From: a virus
Lineage: Duplodnaviria > Heunggongvirae > Uroviricota > Caudoviricetes
Virus record (IMG/VR): IMGVR_UViG_2660238580_000002
DNA: 64,000 bases
Reading direction: 5' to 3' (one strand)
Positions 36,421 to 48,309 of this stretch are shown one piece after another. The notes beneath the pieces are model-generated. The model was not told where the DNA came from. It saw nothing but the letters and a program-made list of their open reading frames with translations, and made no database searches. Within the stretch, counting starts at the first letter, position 1, and each line of letters begins with the position of its first letter. Position numbers and translations under genes: made by a program.

Positions 36421-36577
36421 TGATTATCATCTACATATCACAACGTGCGTGGAGGCCATCAAACCACGTCAAATAATCAATTATGACGCAGGTATCGTAT
36501 TAATTGATCTGCATCAACTTAACGTAAAAACAACTTCAGACAATACAAATCAGCGACACTGAATACGGGGCAACCTC

Positions 36578-36811
36578 ATGTCAACGAAGAACAGAACCCG
36601 CAGAACAACAACCCGCAACATCCGCTTTCCTAACCAAATGATTGAACAAATTAACATCGCTCTTGAGCAAAAAGGGTCCGGGAATTTCTCAGCCTGGGTC
36701 ATTGAAGCCTGCCGCCGGAGACTGTGCTCAGAAAAAAGAGTTTCTTCTGAAGCAAACAAAGAAAAGAGTGACATTACTGAATTGCTCAGAAAACAGGTCA
36801 GACCAGATTGA
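36578..36811 (+). CDS. Small lambdoid protein (YnfO-like)
   Basis: 77-aa ORF adjacent to cos, same position as Qin ynfO. Confidence 0.4.
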   Translation: MSTKNRTRRTTTRNIRFPNQMIEQINIALEQKGSGNFSAWVIEACRRRLCSEKRVSSEANKEKSDITELLRKQVRPD

Positions 36812-36868
36812 AGCAATTTAGATAATCGTGCAGACTACGCCCCCTCATATCACATGGAAGGTTTATCT

Positions 36869-37279
36869 ATGGATCAGGTAGTCATTTTTAAACAAATATT
36901 TGATAAAGTTCGAAACGATTTAAACTATCAATGGTTTTATTCTGAGCTAAAACGTCACAATGTCTCACATTACATTTACTATTTAGCCACAGAGAATGTT
37001 CATATTGTATTAAAAAATGATAATACAGTGTTATTAAAGGGCCTAAAAAACATTGTGTCTGTCAAATTTTCAAAGGATAGGCATCTTATAGAAACGACCT
37101 CTAATAAGCTGAAATCCAGAGAGATCACATTTCAGGAATACAGAAGAAACCTTGCTAAAGCAGGAGTTTTTCGGTGGGTTACAAATATCCACGAACAAAA
37201 AAGATATTACTATACCTTTGATAATTCATTACTATTTACTGAAAGCATCCAGAAAACTACACAGATCTTACCACGCTAA
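36869..37279 (+). CDS. ydfO: YdfO-like protein (DUF1398)
   Basis: [35 protein letters not shown]... resembles Qin YdfO. Confidence 0.6.
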
Positions 37280-37430
37280 ACCATAACGTCCGGCTTCTCT
37301 CACTCCTGAGCCGGACTGCATTGGTTTAATAAAAACCATCAACAATTGTGATTTAGATATTCGGAACCATTCAAATATAACAAAACCCCGTAAAAACGAG
37401 GTTTATGGATAAATTTTATTATTGAATACA

Positions 37431-37603
37431 TCAGATTAAATTAATCTTGACATCATAGCTTTCAAGACCCGTCATTTTTTCCCGTGCGGTAAACTGAATA
37501 CTGGTAACTTCTTTCCCGGTCTTTTTCTTAAGTTCAATAATTTTTTTGTTATATATTCAGAAATATCTGCTTCTGCTTTTGTTTTTAAGTTTTCAATATT
37601 CAT
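37431..37603 (-). pseudogene. gnsB: gnsB-like gene with apparent -1 frameshift in an A/T homopolymer
   Basis: 173 nt between GnsB-like start (MNIENLKTKAEADISEY) and GnsB-like end (FTAREKMTGLESYDVKIK); 174 nt would give an intact 57-aa ORF; T7 run at 37551-37557. Confidence 0.5.
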
Positions 37604-37774
37604 CATTTCCTCTTTTAGTCTGTTATGACTTTCCAGTTACACAGTAAGTCGATTATATGGTGCAAACGTGTAAAAGATAAGATGAAACATCGCAATAATC
37701 AACATACGATAGTCTAAATTTTACACAAACAGACAAAGAGAATTTTCCTGAATTATCAATGCAATAGCATCAAA

Positions 37775-38005
37775 TCAACTCAAGAGCCTTATTGCTGCTT
37801 CCAGAATTTCTTCTGAAGTAACATGTCGATCCGCGGCTACATAAATGACTTTATGATCTCCGGTCAGAGATGGAAACCCTGCGGCCATTACAGTAAGGTG
37901 TGTTTTTTCGCCATTTGGATATTCACGCATGATGGTGTTAACTCCAGTCATCGCTGGCACTACCACTGCTGGTTCAGAGTTAAAAAAAACTATGATTTTT
38001 TTCAT
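37775..38005 (-). CDS. Hypothetical small protein (gnsB/ynfN neighbourhood)
   Basis: 76 aa from MKKIIVFFNSEP...; ORF only. Confidence 0.35.
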   Translation of the reverse strand: MKKIIVFFNSEPAVVVPAMTGVNTIMREYPNGEKTHLTVMAAGFPSLTGDHKVIYVAADRHVTSEEILEAAIRLLS

Positions 38006-38276
38006 GATGTTACCGTAGTATGTGAGTATCCATCGAATAGACACCAAGCAAAAAAGCTCCCGAAGGAGCCTTCATTTTCACTTTTTTAAATCCAACGACA
38101 GACGGCTGGCATTTAAGTATTGTGAAATATTATCAAATGTAATCATCATTGATTTACAAAAGATACATTTTGCCCCGAAAGGATTCATGTCAGAAACATC
38201 AAAAGATGATGTTCTATACTGGGAACCATGACAACACGGGCATCTAAAGTGAATATGGTTTGTAATATTGTCTACC

Positions 38277-38489
38277 TCAAAGCGCCACTACATGAACAGC
38301 GGCAGGACCTTTAGGTCCGTTCTCAATACCAAATTCAACTTCCTGATTCTCAGTTAATGTTTTGAAATCGTTGCTCTGAATTGCTGAGAAATGGACAAAC
38401 ACATCTTTGCTGCCATCTTTCGGCGTGATGAAACCAAAACCTTTTTCAGGGTTAAACCATTTCACTAAACCAGTCATTTTGTTAGACAT
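38277..38489 (-). CDS. cspI: Cold-shock protein CspI-like
   Basis: 70-aa CspA-family [24 protein letters not shown]. Confidence 0.85.
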   Translation of the reverse strand: MSNKMTGLVKWFNPEKGFGFITPKDGSKDVFVHFSAIQSNDFKTLTENQEVEFGIENGPKGPAAVHVVAL

Positions 38490-38851
38490 AATTATTACCT
38501 TTTGAAGAAATTAGCCCTTGGGCAGAATGGTCCGAAAAAAAATATCAGAGAGAAAAACCAACAAGGAAATCTCAAGAGGTACAAATAATAAAATTATAAC
38601 AATGACTGCTTCAGATAAATTTGTAACAAACCAGAACACCATTAACGCATGATTAACCACCCATAGCAAGGATTACTTTTGTAAAGAAAAACACAGCAAT
38701 GAAAGAATAGCTTTATTTATTAATAAAACGTGTCATTCTGATTAAGACCTTTTATCTTACCCTTAAGATTTCAGGAATTTTGGCTCATGGAAGAGTCCTT
38801 TTTATTTAAATTTTACATTCCGCGATGTAAATGTTCCGATTTAATATTACC

Positions 38852-39875
<1,024 letters not shown>

Positions 39876-39879
<4 letters not shown>

Positions 39880-40187
39880 AGATATTTATGATGAGGACGC
39901 TCGTGCTTATTGGCAGGATTTTCAATCTTAAAGGAGTACTGATGCTGCAGATAAGACTCAACTTTTTCTGACAATTTTTCTGCTACTTCCAGGAAGACTT
40001 GCCGGACGCTCCTTCTGGCTGCTGCCTCATAAAACTCCAGCGCAGCTCCTTCAACACGGTCCATGGCGACATCCAGGTCAAAAATTTCACCGTCAAAGCG
40101 TTCTTTGTCCTGTAAGGCTACAGTTACCGTAACTTTATTCTCAAAATTACGGACTCCTTTCACAACCAGTTCATAGTCTTGAGTCAT
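39876..40187 (-). CDS. ydfR: YdfR-like protein (DUF1327)
   Basis: 103-aa ORF between holin and endolysin as in Qin. Confidence 0.6.
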
Positions 40188-40191
40188 TGGA

Positions 40192-40407
40192 TTACTCTCC
40201 TCTCGCAGCCTTACGCCTGTCTTCTTTAATCTTGAAATAAAGATTTGTCAGATACGTCAGCAGGCCAAAAACCAGGCTACCCAGCACACCGATTGCAGCC
40301 CACTGTGACGGAGTTACTTTATCGAGTAACTGCAATGCCCAGAAACCAGCATTACCCGCCGATGTGCCATAGGCAACACCTGTTGTTAACTTATCCATTG
40401 ATTTCAT
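40192..40407 (-). CDS. essQ: Holin (EssQ-like)
   Basis: 71 aa from [14 protein letters not shown]... with TM segments. Confidence 0.8.
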   Translation of the reverse strand: MKSMDKLTTGVAYGTSAGNAGFWALQLLDKVTPSQWAAIGVLGSLVFGLLTYLTNLYFKIKEDRRKAARGE

Positions 40408-40575
40408 ATCCTCACCCCGATGTACACGGATGGTGCAATATGTTTGAAAAGATCGGAGTCTACGGGGTAGTTTTGACAGCACACGTTGTTCTCAACGGCG
40501 CTAAAAAAACATACACATTAAAAATGTGGGTAATTATTTTGAAAGAAAGTCATATATAAAATAATAATACGAGAA

Positions 40576-40797
40576 ATGTTTTCATATTTAGTGTACTGTA
40601 TACGGCCATTTATACAGGAAAAGCCTATGTCAGAACGTAAAAACTCAAAATCACGCCGTAATTATCTCGTTAAATGTTCCTGCCCAAACTGCACCCAAGA
40701 GTCAGAACACAGTTTTTCAAGAGTACAAAAAGGTGCCCTTTTGATCTGCCCTCATTGCAACAAAGTATTCCAGACAAATCTTAAAGCTGTAGCCTGA
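40576..40797 (+). CDS. Zn-ribbon small protein (YdfK/YnaE-like)
   Basis: CSCPNC...CPHC motifs; start may be internal Met at 40627. Confidence 0.5.
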   Translation: MFSYLVYCIRPFIQEKPMSERKNSKSRRNYLVKCSCPNCTQESEHSFSRVQKGALLICPHCNKVFQTNLKAVA

Positions 40798-41160
40798 TTG
40801 ATTTTATTAGTAACAAGTATTTTTTATATTTTAATAATATATTTAAAGCAGATAATAAAAAACCCGCCTGAGCGGGTTTGAGATTGTGGTGCTTTTTGTG
40901 GGAGTCATCCACTTACGCACTTTGTTTTGCCATGCCAGCAGTTAGCTTCTGCTGTAAAACTATTCATGCAGCAAACCTGCACTTCACCACAATGGTTAGC
41001 ATACTTTTCCTGATTAATATTTTGCCAAATATGCTAGCCATTGTTTCATGTATTGGACCTCCTTACTTTTTATTAAAGAGATCCAATATTCACTACTCTG
41101 TCCGTATCTCTACTCAGGCATCAGCCTTCTTCGTTATCGTATACAGACGAGCGATGAATT

Positions 41161-41376
41161 TTAATCAGTAATGATGACATTTGCTGCTGCAGGACCTTTA
41201 GCACCACTCTCTATAGAGAAGGTAACCTTTTGACCTTCAAATAAGGTTCGATAATTATCATTCTGAATCGCAGAAAAATGCACAAACACATCTTTACTAC
41301 CATCAACAGGAGAAATAAAGCCGAAACCTTTATCAGCGTTAAACCATTTTACTAAACCAGTCATTTTATTTGACAT
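41161..41376 (-). CDS. cspB: Cold-shock protein CspB-like
   Basis: 71-aa CspA-family ORF. Confidence 0.85.
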   Translation of the reverse strand: MSNKMTGLVKWFNADKGFGFISPVDGSKDVFVHFSAIQNDNYRTLFEGQKVTFSIESGAKGPAAANVIITD

Positions 41377-41676
41377 TCTACATTCCTTAACTTGAGCCTT
41401 TCGGCATAAATGGTTTGCATAACAGAAACGACTTCGTACTTAATTGGAGAGACTCAAAGAAGGAATAAGTGAATAACACCTGAAATGAGAACTGCTTTAG
41501 TAAACTACTTCGTATATCGTCTGTTCTTCAAACCGACGCAATCATTAACGCATAGTTGAACATATGAAGCAATGTTTATTTTAGACATCCAGCCATCTTC
41601 AACCCCATCAAAAAACTATAGCTTTCTTCAGGAACGTGTGTATAGTGCGCCAAGTTATCAGTATTAAGGAATTTTT

Positions 41677-41889
41677 TTGTCCCGTAAAATGACAGGAATT
41701 GTCAAAACCTTTGACGGCAAAAGCGGCAAGGGTCTTATCACCCCATCCGATGGTCGTATCGATGTCCAGCTTCATGTTTCAGCGCTCAATCTCCGCGATG
41801 CAGAAGAAATTACCACCGGATTACGCGTGGAATTTTGCCGGATAAATGGTCTGCGTGGCCCTTCAGCTGCCAATGTTTACCTTTCATGA
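41677..41889 (+). CDS. cspF: Cold-shock-like protein CspF-like
   Basis: 70-aa [24 protein letters not shown]. Confidence 0.8.
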
Positions 41890-42181
41890 GCTATATTAAA
41901 GCTTTAATTTCAGGCCCCATCGGATCACACATGGAGAGTTTTTATGAATAACCCCGTCTGTCTTGATGACTGGTTGATTGGCTTTAAAAGCTTATGCTGT
42001 ACTTTGGCCGTAATAGCTCTGCTAATAATATAATAAGCAGACTCATTGTGTTTAGGGACATTGTACTGGAAGAAAACATTTTAAACATCAGGCAAATAAC
42101 CAAGTCACCAGCTAAATAATAAGTTAACAGACATGAGTCCCGGGATGAGATTCAACATTACCATTGCCCCATTTAAAGCAC

Positions 42182-42214
42182 AAAACCCGCTCATCAGCGG
42201 GTTTTCTACTTTTT
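42182..42214 (+). terminator. Rho-independent terminator-like hairpin with T tract
   Basis: AAAACCCGCTCATCAGCGGGTTTT followed by CTACTTTTT. Confidence 0.5.
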
Positions 42215-42310
42215 CTTAACGTCGGGTATACAAAGCCCATCGTTGAAAAAATTTTATCCATATTTTTTGAAAAATGCAAACATCATGTCGCCATCTTCAG
42301 CAAAAATCAT

Positions 42311-43063
42311 TTATCTCGTCACCTTCCTCAATTGCGCTTCCGCGTATGCTTCTTCCTGCCAGCACTTTGTTACCAGTTTACCAATGACGTCCGCATACCC
42401 CTTATACCACTGATAATCGGTCAGGTCTGGTACCAGCTTCTGGACATGACGTCGTGCCAGCGTGGTCGGTAAACGACTAAACCGGTTTCCATTACAACGC
42501 CCACAAATCTTATATACCGGTACGCCATGAAACCGGGTTCTTTTTTCATCCAGAACAATCCCTTTACCCTTACACCCTCTGCACGCTGTGCTGGCTTCGC
42601 CCTTACCATGGCAATGCTGACATAGTTCCTTCACCCATTCTTCCTTGATTACAGATTCCCCGCGTCTGTAGTGTTTCACCACTTCGCGCAATACATTATA
42701 AAATCCCGTACCTGAACAATGCTCACCGCGAGCCTTACTTGCCGCAGACCTGGAGTAATCAGCAAAGGCAAAACTCACGAGGTAAGGAATAATCTGTAAC
42801 CGGATTTCTTCACTCAATTTGTTCAATGTCGGGTTATCCAGTGCCATCGCGTAATTTAGCAGGCCTTCAATCGCAAACTGAGGGTCCTGAACACCAACTT
42901 TTGCCAGAAATAAGGCCAACCCAAGTGGTGCTTTCGACTGCACCATCCCCTGCGCTGCCATTACATCCGTAATTGTTAAACAACCGGTGCCTGTCGCTGG
43001 AGCGTCATCGCTCAATTTTGGAGATTTTGGGGAGTAATATTTTGGTAAGGCTTCAAGGTTCAT
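42311..43063 (-). CDS. quuQ: Late-gene antiterminator Q (QuuQ-like)
   Basis: 250 aa from MNLEALPKYY...; Cys-rich zinc-binding region; upstream of lysis genes. Confidence 0.8.
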   Translation of the reverse strand: MNLEALPKYYSPKSPKLSDDAPATGTGCLTITDVMAAQGMVQSKAPLGLALFLAKVGVQDPQFAIEGLLNYAMALDNPTLNKLSEEIRLQIIPYLVSFAFADYSRSAASKARGEHCSGTGFYNVLREVVKHYRRGESVIKEEWVKELCQHCHGKGEASTACRGCKGKGIVLDEKRTRFHGVPVYKICGRCNGNRFSRLPTTLARRHVQKLVPDLTDYQWYKGYADVIGKLVTKCWQEEAYAEAQLRKVTR

Positions 43064-43076
43064 GCTCGTTCTCCAC

Positions 43077-44165
43077 TTACGCCAGTACGCCAATTGCCAG
43101 CGCGCGATCGATAAAACGAAATATCAGCTCCAGTTGGGAGCCATACTTATCTTCAAATGCCACTGTATCCGTATGCAGCTCGTTGTGATGCTTTCTGCAC
43201 AAAGGCAACACAAAGAGATCATGTGCTTTTGTTCCCATTCCGCCCTGCCCGTGACCAATCAGATGATGCGGATCGTCGGCTGGCATACCGCAGCAAGCAC
43301 ACGGCTGTGTCTTAACCCAACGTGTGTATTTCTCCTTAACCCAGCGGCGACGTTTAGGCAGCTTCATGAAAGATTCCGGAGACTCTGGATCAACGGTGAT
43401 GCTTACCACCGTCTTTTCCTGTGGTGATTTTTGTTGCTGGTGGGCGTAAGGCAACGGTGCAAGATTTTTTGTGCGTTGTTTCAATATGCTGGTGGCGGTC
43501 TGCTCTCCCGGTACGATGTCGCTTTCGCGGTACACCGAGCAGATTTTTTCCGCTGGTAATCCCAGCGAACGACGCGATACAGCCTCAGGTAGTGCATCCA
43601 CCACCTGATTGCAGACCGCCCACCAGGATAATTCAGCCAAAGATAATTCCCGCTCCTGCGTACCGCTTATTGCGTGACGGATGACGTCAATCACCCATGC
43701 TGTCAGATTTTGTTGAGCAAGCAGCTCCAGTGATTCCGATGTCTGGTCACGCAGTTGGTTGTCGCAGTGCCAGCACAACACCATTGCGCCGGTACCATAA
43801 CGGTGAATGACTGTTTCAGTGTGATGGTAATCGCCATTAGGCCACTGGCAGGATGTAACATGACGTAATAGCCAGTCGGACAATGCGCCAACGCCGCCAG
43901 CAGCACGAATCACCCGTTCGTTACTAAAAAACGGCAGCAATGTTTTGTCTTCCGCCAGCGGCTGGCGAACGGCAGGAACGACTCCGGATGGCAGATTACG
44001 CATGCTTTTTGGTTCCGGTTCCACCAGCACTCGAGGATTATGAAATATCTGTATGGATTCACGGCCCGGCTTAAGGACCACCAGCCCAAGCTCAGGCACC
44101 AGAACAGGTCTAAGTAATACCCGCACGTTACCTCCAGATCCGTTGCTGGAAAGTGCGGGACGCAC
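43077..44165 (-). CDS. ydfU: YdfU-like protein (DUF968)
   Basis: Large ORF upstream of Q as in Qin; start codon uncertain. Confidence 0.6.
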   Translation of the reverse strand: MRPALSSNGSGGNVRVLLRPVLVPELGLVVLKPGRESIQIFHNPRVLVEPEPKSMRNLPSGVVPAVRQPLAEDKTLLPFFSNERVIRAAGGVGALSDWLLRHVTSCQWPNGDYHHTETVIHRYGTGAMVLCWHCDNQLRDQTSESLELLAQQNLTAWVIDVIRHAISGTQERELSLAELSWWAVCNQVVDALPEAVSRRSLGLPAEKICSVYRESDIVPGEQTATSILKQRTKNLAPLPYAHQQQKSPQEKTVVSITVDPESPESFMKLPKRRRWVKEKYTRWVKTQPCACCGMPADDPHHLIGHGQGGMGTKAHDLFVLPLCRKHHNELHTDTVAFEDKYGSQLELIFRFIDRALAIGVLA

Positions 44166-44472
44166 GTGGTGGGCGTTCGGAATAAGGCAGCCTGACAGAG
44201 ATTATCCAGTGCCGATAGTCGAGACTGAGAGCTTTCTTAACCTCGAACCCGCGCCTGCGGTAAGAATGAATCAGCCATTCGGCCTGTTCTGCAGTGCATG
44301 GAGGGTGCTGGAACCATTCAGACTTGAATGCGTGAGAATACCGCCCGTGCGTGCAGGCAAGAACGGGCGAATTATCAGAATTGTAATATTTTGCGTTGCG
44401 TGCCATCGGTTTTCTCCGGTGGCACGGTGTTACTCAGCGGGAGTTCAGCCCCGCGCAAGATTGTAGATGAGT

Positions 44473-44724
44473 TTATTCTCCTGAAAAAGCAGAAAAGCCA
44501 GCTTTTATTCCGATCTCTTTCAATGCCTGTAATGAAGTGACAAACTCACCTTCGCGCAAGATAAATCCGTCCGTGACCCGAGCATCCACAAAATTAATTA
44601 ACGCAGCCCCATTCTTTCGCAAACACATAATGCGGTAATGACTAACAAGATTTCCATTTTCAACGCACACAGCATAGAGGCCATCTTCACAAAAAATTTT
44701 ACGCAGTTCTTCGATGTTCATCAT
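44473..44724 (-). CDS. rem: Rem-like protein
   Basis: 83-aa ORF MMNIEELRKIFCEDGLYAV... Confidence 0.75.
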   Translation of the reverse strand: MMNIEELRKIFCEDGLYAVCVENGNLVSHYRIMCLRKNGAALINFVDARVTDGFILREGEFVTSLQALKEIGIKAGFSAFSGE

Positions 44725-44940
44725 CAGAATCCTTCCGGATAATTAGCTCTCCCCTTTAAGGGACCATCCCTCTTATCCCTGCGCGCTACTTAAGTATTTT
44801 TGATTCTATTCCGGCACCGTCCAGAACTTCAAACGCGTTGAAAATAAAAACAAAAACCCGCCGAAGCGGGTTAAGTGCGGGTGCGTTGAGGATGCCTGCC
44901 ACATCAGAGGTGGCGAGGGATTTCTCCCCCGCCGGGTCTC

Positions 44941-45096
44941 TTACTCCTCAGGTTCGTAAGCTGTGAAGACAGCGACCTCCGTCTGGCCGGTTCGGATTCG
45001 TACCTCGCAGAGGTCTTTCCTCGTTACCAGTGCCGTCACTATGACGGTTAAACAGATGACGATCAGGGCGATTAACATCGCCTTTTGCTGCTTCAT
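44941..45096 (-). CDS. hokD: Hok-family type I toxin (HokD/RelF-like)
   Basis: 51-aa ORF read from sequence: MKQQKAMLIALIVICLTVIVTALVTRKDLCEVRIRTGQTEVAVFTAYEPEE; not in ORF track (<60 aa). Confidence 0.85.
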   Translation of the reverse strand: MKQQKAMLIALIVICLTVIVTALVTRKDLCEVRIRTGQTEVAVFTAYEPEE

Positions 45097-45167
45097 AGCC
45101 TGCTTCTCCTGTCAACGCAAAGCAGAAGTGTCACCTTCGGTGCGAAACAGAGATGTCATGCTTTGGT

Positions 45168-45455
45168 TCAGAGAATGCGTTTGACCGCCTCGCTATATAC
45201 TTCCGAGCGTTCTCTTTTCCCAACAGAAATCACGAAAACGACAACTTTCTCGTCTATAACCTGGTATACAAGGCGATAGCCTGAAGACCGGAGCTTAATC
45301 TTGTAACAATCAGGCATACCACGGAGCTTGTTTGCTTCAATCCGGGGTGACTCAAGTACTTCAACCAGCTTCTTTTTCAACTGTTCACGTACCGTCGAGC
45401 CCAGCTTTCGCCATTCCTTTAGTGCCCGCTCGTCAAAATCCAGAAAATACGCCAT
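45168..45455 (-). CDS. relE: RelE toxin (mRNA interferase)
   Basis: 95-aa ORF MAYFLDFDERALKEWRKL... Confidence 0.9.
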   Translation of the reverse strand: MAYFLDFDERALKEWRKLGSTVREQLKKKLVEVLESPRIEANKLRGMPDCYKIKLRSSGYRLVYQVIDEKVVVFVISVGKRERSEVYSEAVKRIL

Positions 45456-45694
45456 CAGAGTTCATCCAGCGTCACACGTACTGGCTTAGGATTACGAAGC
45501 CGTTCTTTCACTATCTCCACAAGTTCAGCATCTTCATCACTCAGGAGTGTCTGTTTGAACGGCAAGCGTTCATTGTCAGCGATATACTCGAGCATGAGAC
45601 GAAGCGCTTCAGAAGGAGTTACACCCATTTTTTCAAGCGCGGCGTAAGAACGCGCTTTAAGTTCATCGTCAATACGCAGGTTAATGCTACCCAT
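45455..45694 (-). CDS. relB: RelB antitoxin
   Basis: 79-aa ORF MGSINLRIDDELKARSYAALEKMGV...; stop/start overlap with relE. Confidence 0.9.
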   Translation of the reverse strand: MGSINLRIDDELKARSYAALEKMGVTPSEALRLMLEYIADNERLPFKQTLLSDEDAELVEIVKERLRNPKPVRVTLDEL

Positions 45695-45718
45695 GTCTTA
45701 CACCTCTTGTAATTACAA

Positions 45719-46024
45719 ATGTCATTACAAGTATCGCACTACAACATGCTTAGGGCAAGTCACGAAGGAAGTCAGAAAGTAGTCGTAAGAACGGTGATCA
45801 CTGTCCGCTTTGTGCCAGGAGCAGCCATTGCTAAGTCCATCCTGTATTGTGCAGGTCAGCTCGTTTTTAAAGAGTCCGGCCATCATCTTACTGGTACAGA
45901 CACCATATACTTTGTGACGGTCAGGCTACATATGCACAACTCAACTTATTCATCTATTTTTTGCTTTAGCATGTCAGTGTTGCTTTCTCGTCGGCGGGTG
46001 AGCGGTGACCTGACCTGTCGATAA
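45719..46024 (+). CDS. YdfV-like hypothetical protein
   Basis: 101-aa ORF at Qin ydfV position; weak. Confidence 0.35.
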   Translation: MSLQVSHYNMLRASHEGSQKVVVRTVITVRFVPGAAIAKSILYCAGQLVFKESGHHLTGTDTIYFVTVRLHMHNSTYSSIFCFSMSVLLSRRRVSGDLTCR

Positions 46025-46226
46025 AGGAACGTAACACGTTTTATGCAACACCCGCATGCGGCAGAAAATTATTGCCGAACGTTTACCCCTGTCAACAAGC
46101 TTTACTTTCTGAGGCGCGCCAGCCCGCGAGGAAAACAATCTGAACATCAAACAATTAATGACACAAGAAATACGATTAAAGATTTTTTTGTGCATGCCGA
46201 TAGTGCTTTTTTAAAAGGAGAAATCT

Positions 46227-46559
46227 ATGTCTGTCACAATTCAGGGAAATACCTCAACCGTTATTTCAAACAACTCCGCCCCGGAAGGAACATCAGAAAT
46301 AGCCAAAATCACAAGACAAATTCAGGTGCTGACTGAAAAGCTTGGGAAAATCTCATCGGAAGAGGGGATGACGACACAGCAGAAAAAAGAAATGGCTGCA
46401 TTGGTACAGAAGCAAATTGAAAGCCTCTGGGCTCAACTGGAGCAGTTGTTAAGGCAGCAGGCAGAGAAAAAGAATGAAGACGCGACAGTTCAGCCTGATA
46501 AAAAAGAAGAGAAAAAAGACGATACAAATACCGCTGGCACCATTGATATTTACGTCTAA
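46227..46559 (+). CDS. flxA: FlxA-like protein
   Basis: 110-aa ORF MSVTIQGNTSTVISNNSAPEG... Confidence 0.8.
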   Translation: MSVTIQGNTSTVISNNSAPEGTSEIAKITRQIQVLTEKLGKISSEEGMTTQQKKEMAALVQKQIESLWAQLEQLLRQQAEKKNEDATVQPDKKEEKKDDTNTAGTIDIYV

Positions 46560-46995
46560 GTGACAGCCGTATTGTGGCCCTCATCGGGCCACTTTTCGCC
46601 ATCAGCCTTTTCTTTAAAGACATATTATCTTTGTATCATTTCTGATAGTTAACATTACAAGATATAAGTAATGGACGCACTCCCAATTAGTCTATTTAAA
46701 TCGCCACGAGTTTAACTGACAACCCATGATCAATTATGAATTGCAACTATTTCTGTAGTCACTTTTGTGGGGACAGTCCACAAAACTGCCAACTTCCGCT
46801 TCTTGCTCTTAGCGGACATTAGCATAGGCTATTTACCATAACGCCTCATTACGCGCACCGCCCAGACTGACTCAGCGCGTTTCTGGCATATCCCCGGTAA
46901 AACAAGTAACAAACCACCCGAAAATGAACACCAGAAACGCGACTTAAGAATCTACCCTATGAATGGATATGCACTCAACCGAATCGATCTTGGTT

Positions 46996-48309
46996 TCAAT
47001 CTTTTTTATCGGGATCAGGCTTCTTTTTAGGTAACTTCGGGGGCTTAACTTGCTGATGACTTTGCGTTCGGCGCGTAAGCCAGGGATGGTCAGCTTTAGG
47101 TTTAACATAGTATTTTGAGCGTAAATCAATACGGGCATTATCCACTCGTTCATGGACACTCTTTTCATCATCCAGTGGTATAGGCTCCGGGCCATCAACA
47201 TACTTTTCCCAGCCCAGCGCTTTCCCGTCATACAGAACGTTAATTTCACCGTCAAAGTTCTCGCATACAGTAACAACCGAATGCCTAAGTCGATATCCCC
47301 GGCCCTCACTGCGTACCTGAAACGCACTGCTTTTGTACTGGAAAGTGAGATTTTTAGACAGAACGCGCTTCGCCTGTAGGCTGAAGATATAACCCAGTTC
47401 CTCTTCAGAATGGTGCACATCAAGATGAGCATTATCAGTAGTACGAGGCGACGTAGCGAACCGGTTGTTATAGGCTTCAATAAAGGTCGGCAACCATGCA
47501 TTTGCTGTTTCAATATCACTGATATTCTGAAGCCGCATTTCTTTGACCAGCCTGTCCTGTAGTGTCTGATTGGCGCGCTCTACCCGCCCTTTTGCCTGCG
47601 GGCTGTTGGCATGGATTGGCTCGATGCCCAGTGTCTTTATCGCACGAGTGAACTGGGTCAGCTCACCTTCCCGCTCTGGGTTATTTACCCTGAATATACT
47701 GTGTCTATCAGAGTAGAGAGCGAGCGGTACGCCATGATCATTAAGGTAACCCCGGAGGGTTTCCATGTAAGCCCGGGTTGTTTCAGCAGGCACAAAACGC
47801 AACGCCATCAACGCACTGGTGGCATCATCAATGAAAACGATCAGTGTACATCTGGGGCCTCGATTTTCAAACCAGTCATGAGGTGAGCCATCAATCTGGA
47901 TCAGTTCACCGTAAGATGGTCGTCGCATGCGGCGTTGATATATACGGGCAATTTTACGACGGCGTTCACGCCATAACCCCTCTTCTATCATCCACTTTCT
48001 GAGGGTTTCAACGGATAAAGATAAACCGTGTATCTCGCGCAATTTTTCGCACGCAAACGTAGGTCCAAAATCAGCGTAACGGCCTTTGAGGAGTGAAATT
48101 ACTGTTGCTCTGAATTCAGTAGAAAAGGAATTATTAGGACGCTTTCCACGTCGGTGGGAAACCAGACCAGAAGGCCCTTCATTTCTATACCGTTGCACCA
48201 GACGTTTAACCTGCCGAATAGAAATGCCAATGCGTGCCGCAGCTTGTTCCTGAATAATCTGAAGTCGGTGGAGTTCCTTATGACTCATCGTAACAGTCTC
48301 TTTGATCAT
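46996..48309 (-). CDS. DDE transposase (HTH + rve integrase core; IS481/ISNCY-like)
   Basis: 437-aa ORF with N-terminal HTH and integrase-core-like middle region; element boundaries not resolved. Confidence 0.6.
   Translation of the reverse strand: MIKETVTMSHKELHRLQIIQEQAAARIGISIRQVKRLVQRYRNEGPSGLVSHRRGKRPNNSFSTEFRATVISLLKGRYADFGPTFACEKLREIHGLSLSVETLRKWMIEEGLWRERRRKIARIYQRRMRRPSYGELIQIDGSPHDWFENRGPRCTLIVFIDDATSALMALRFVPAETTRAYMETLRGYLNDHGVPLALYSDRHSIFRVNNPEREGELTQFTRAIKTLGIEPIHANSPQAKGRVERANQTLQDRLVKEMRLQNISDIETANAWLPTFIEAYNNRFATSPRTTDNAHLDVHHSEEELGYIFSLQAKRVLSKNLTFQYKSSAFQVRSEGRGYRLRHSVVTVCENFDGEINVLYDGKALGWEKYVDGPEPIPLDDEKSVHERVDNARIDLRSKYYVKPKADHPWLTRRTQSHQQVKPPKLPKKKPDPDKKD

Noticed and set aside
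44128-44406. 92-aa ORF overlapping the 5' end of the ydfU-like gene
   Set aside because: Overlaps a larger conserved ORF in another frame; possibly a start-codon ambiguity or frameshift in ydfU, not a separate gene.
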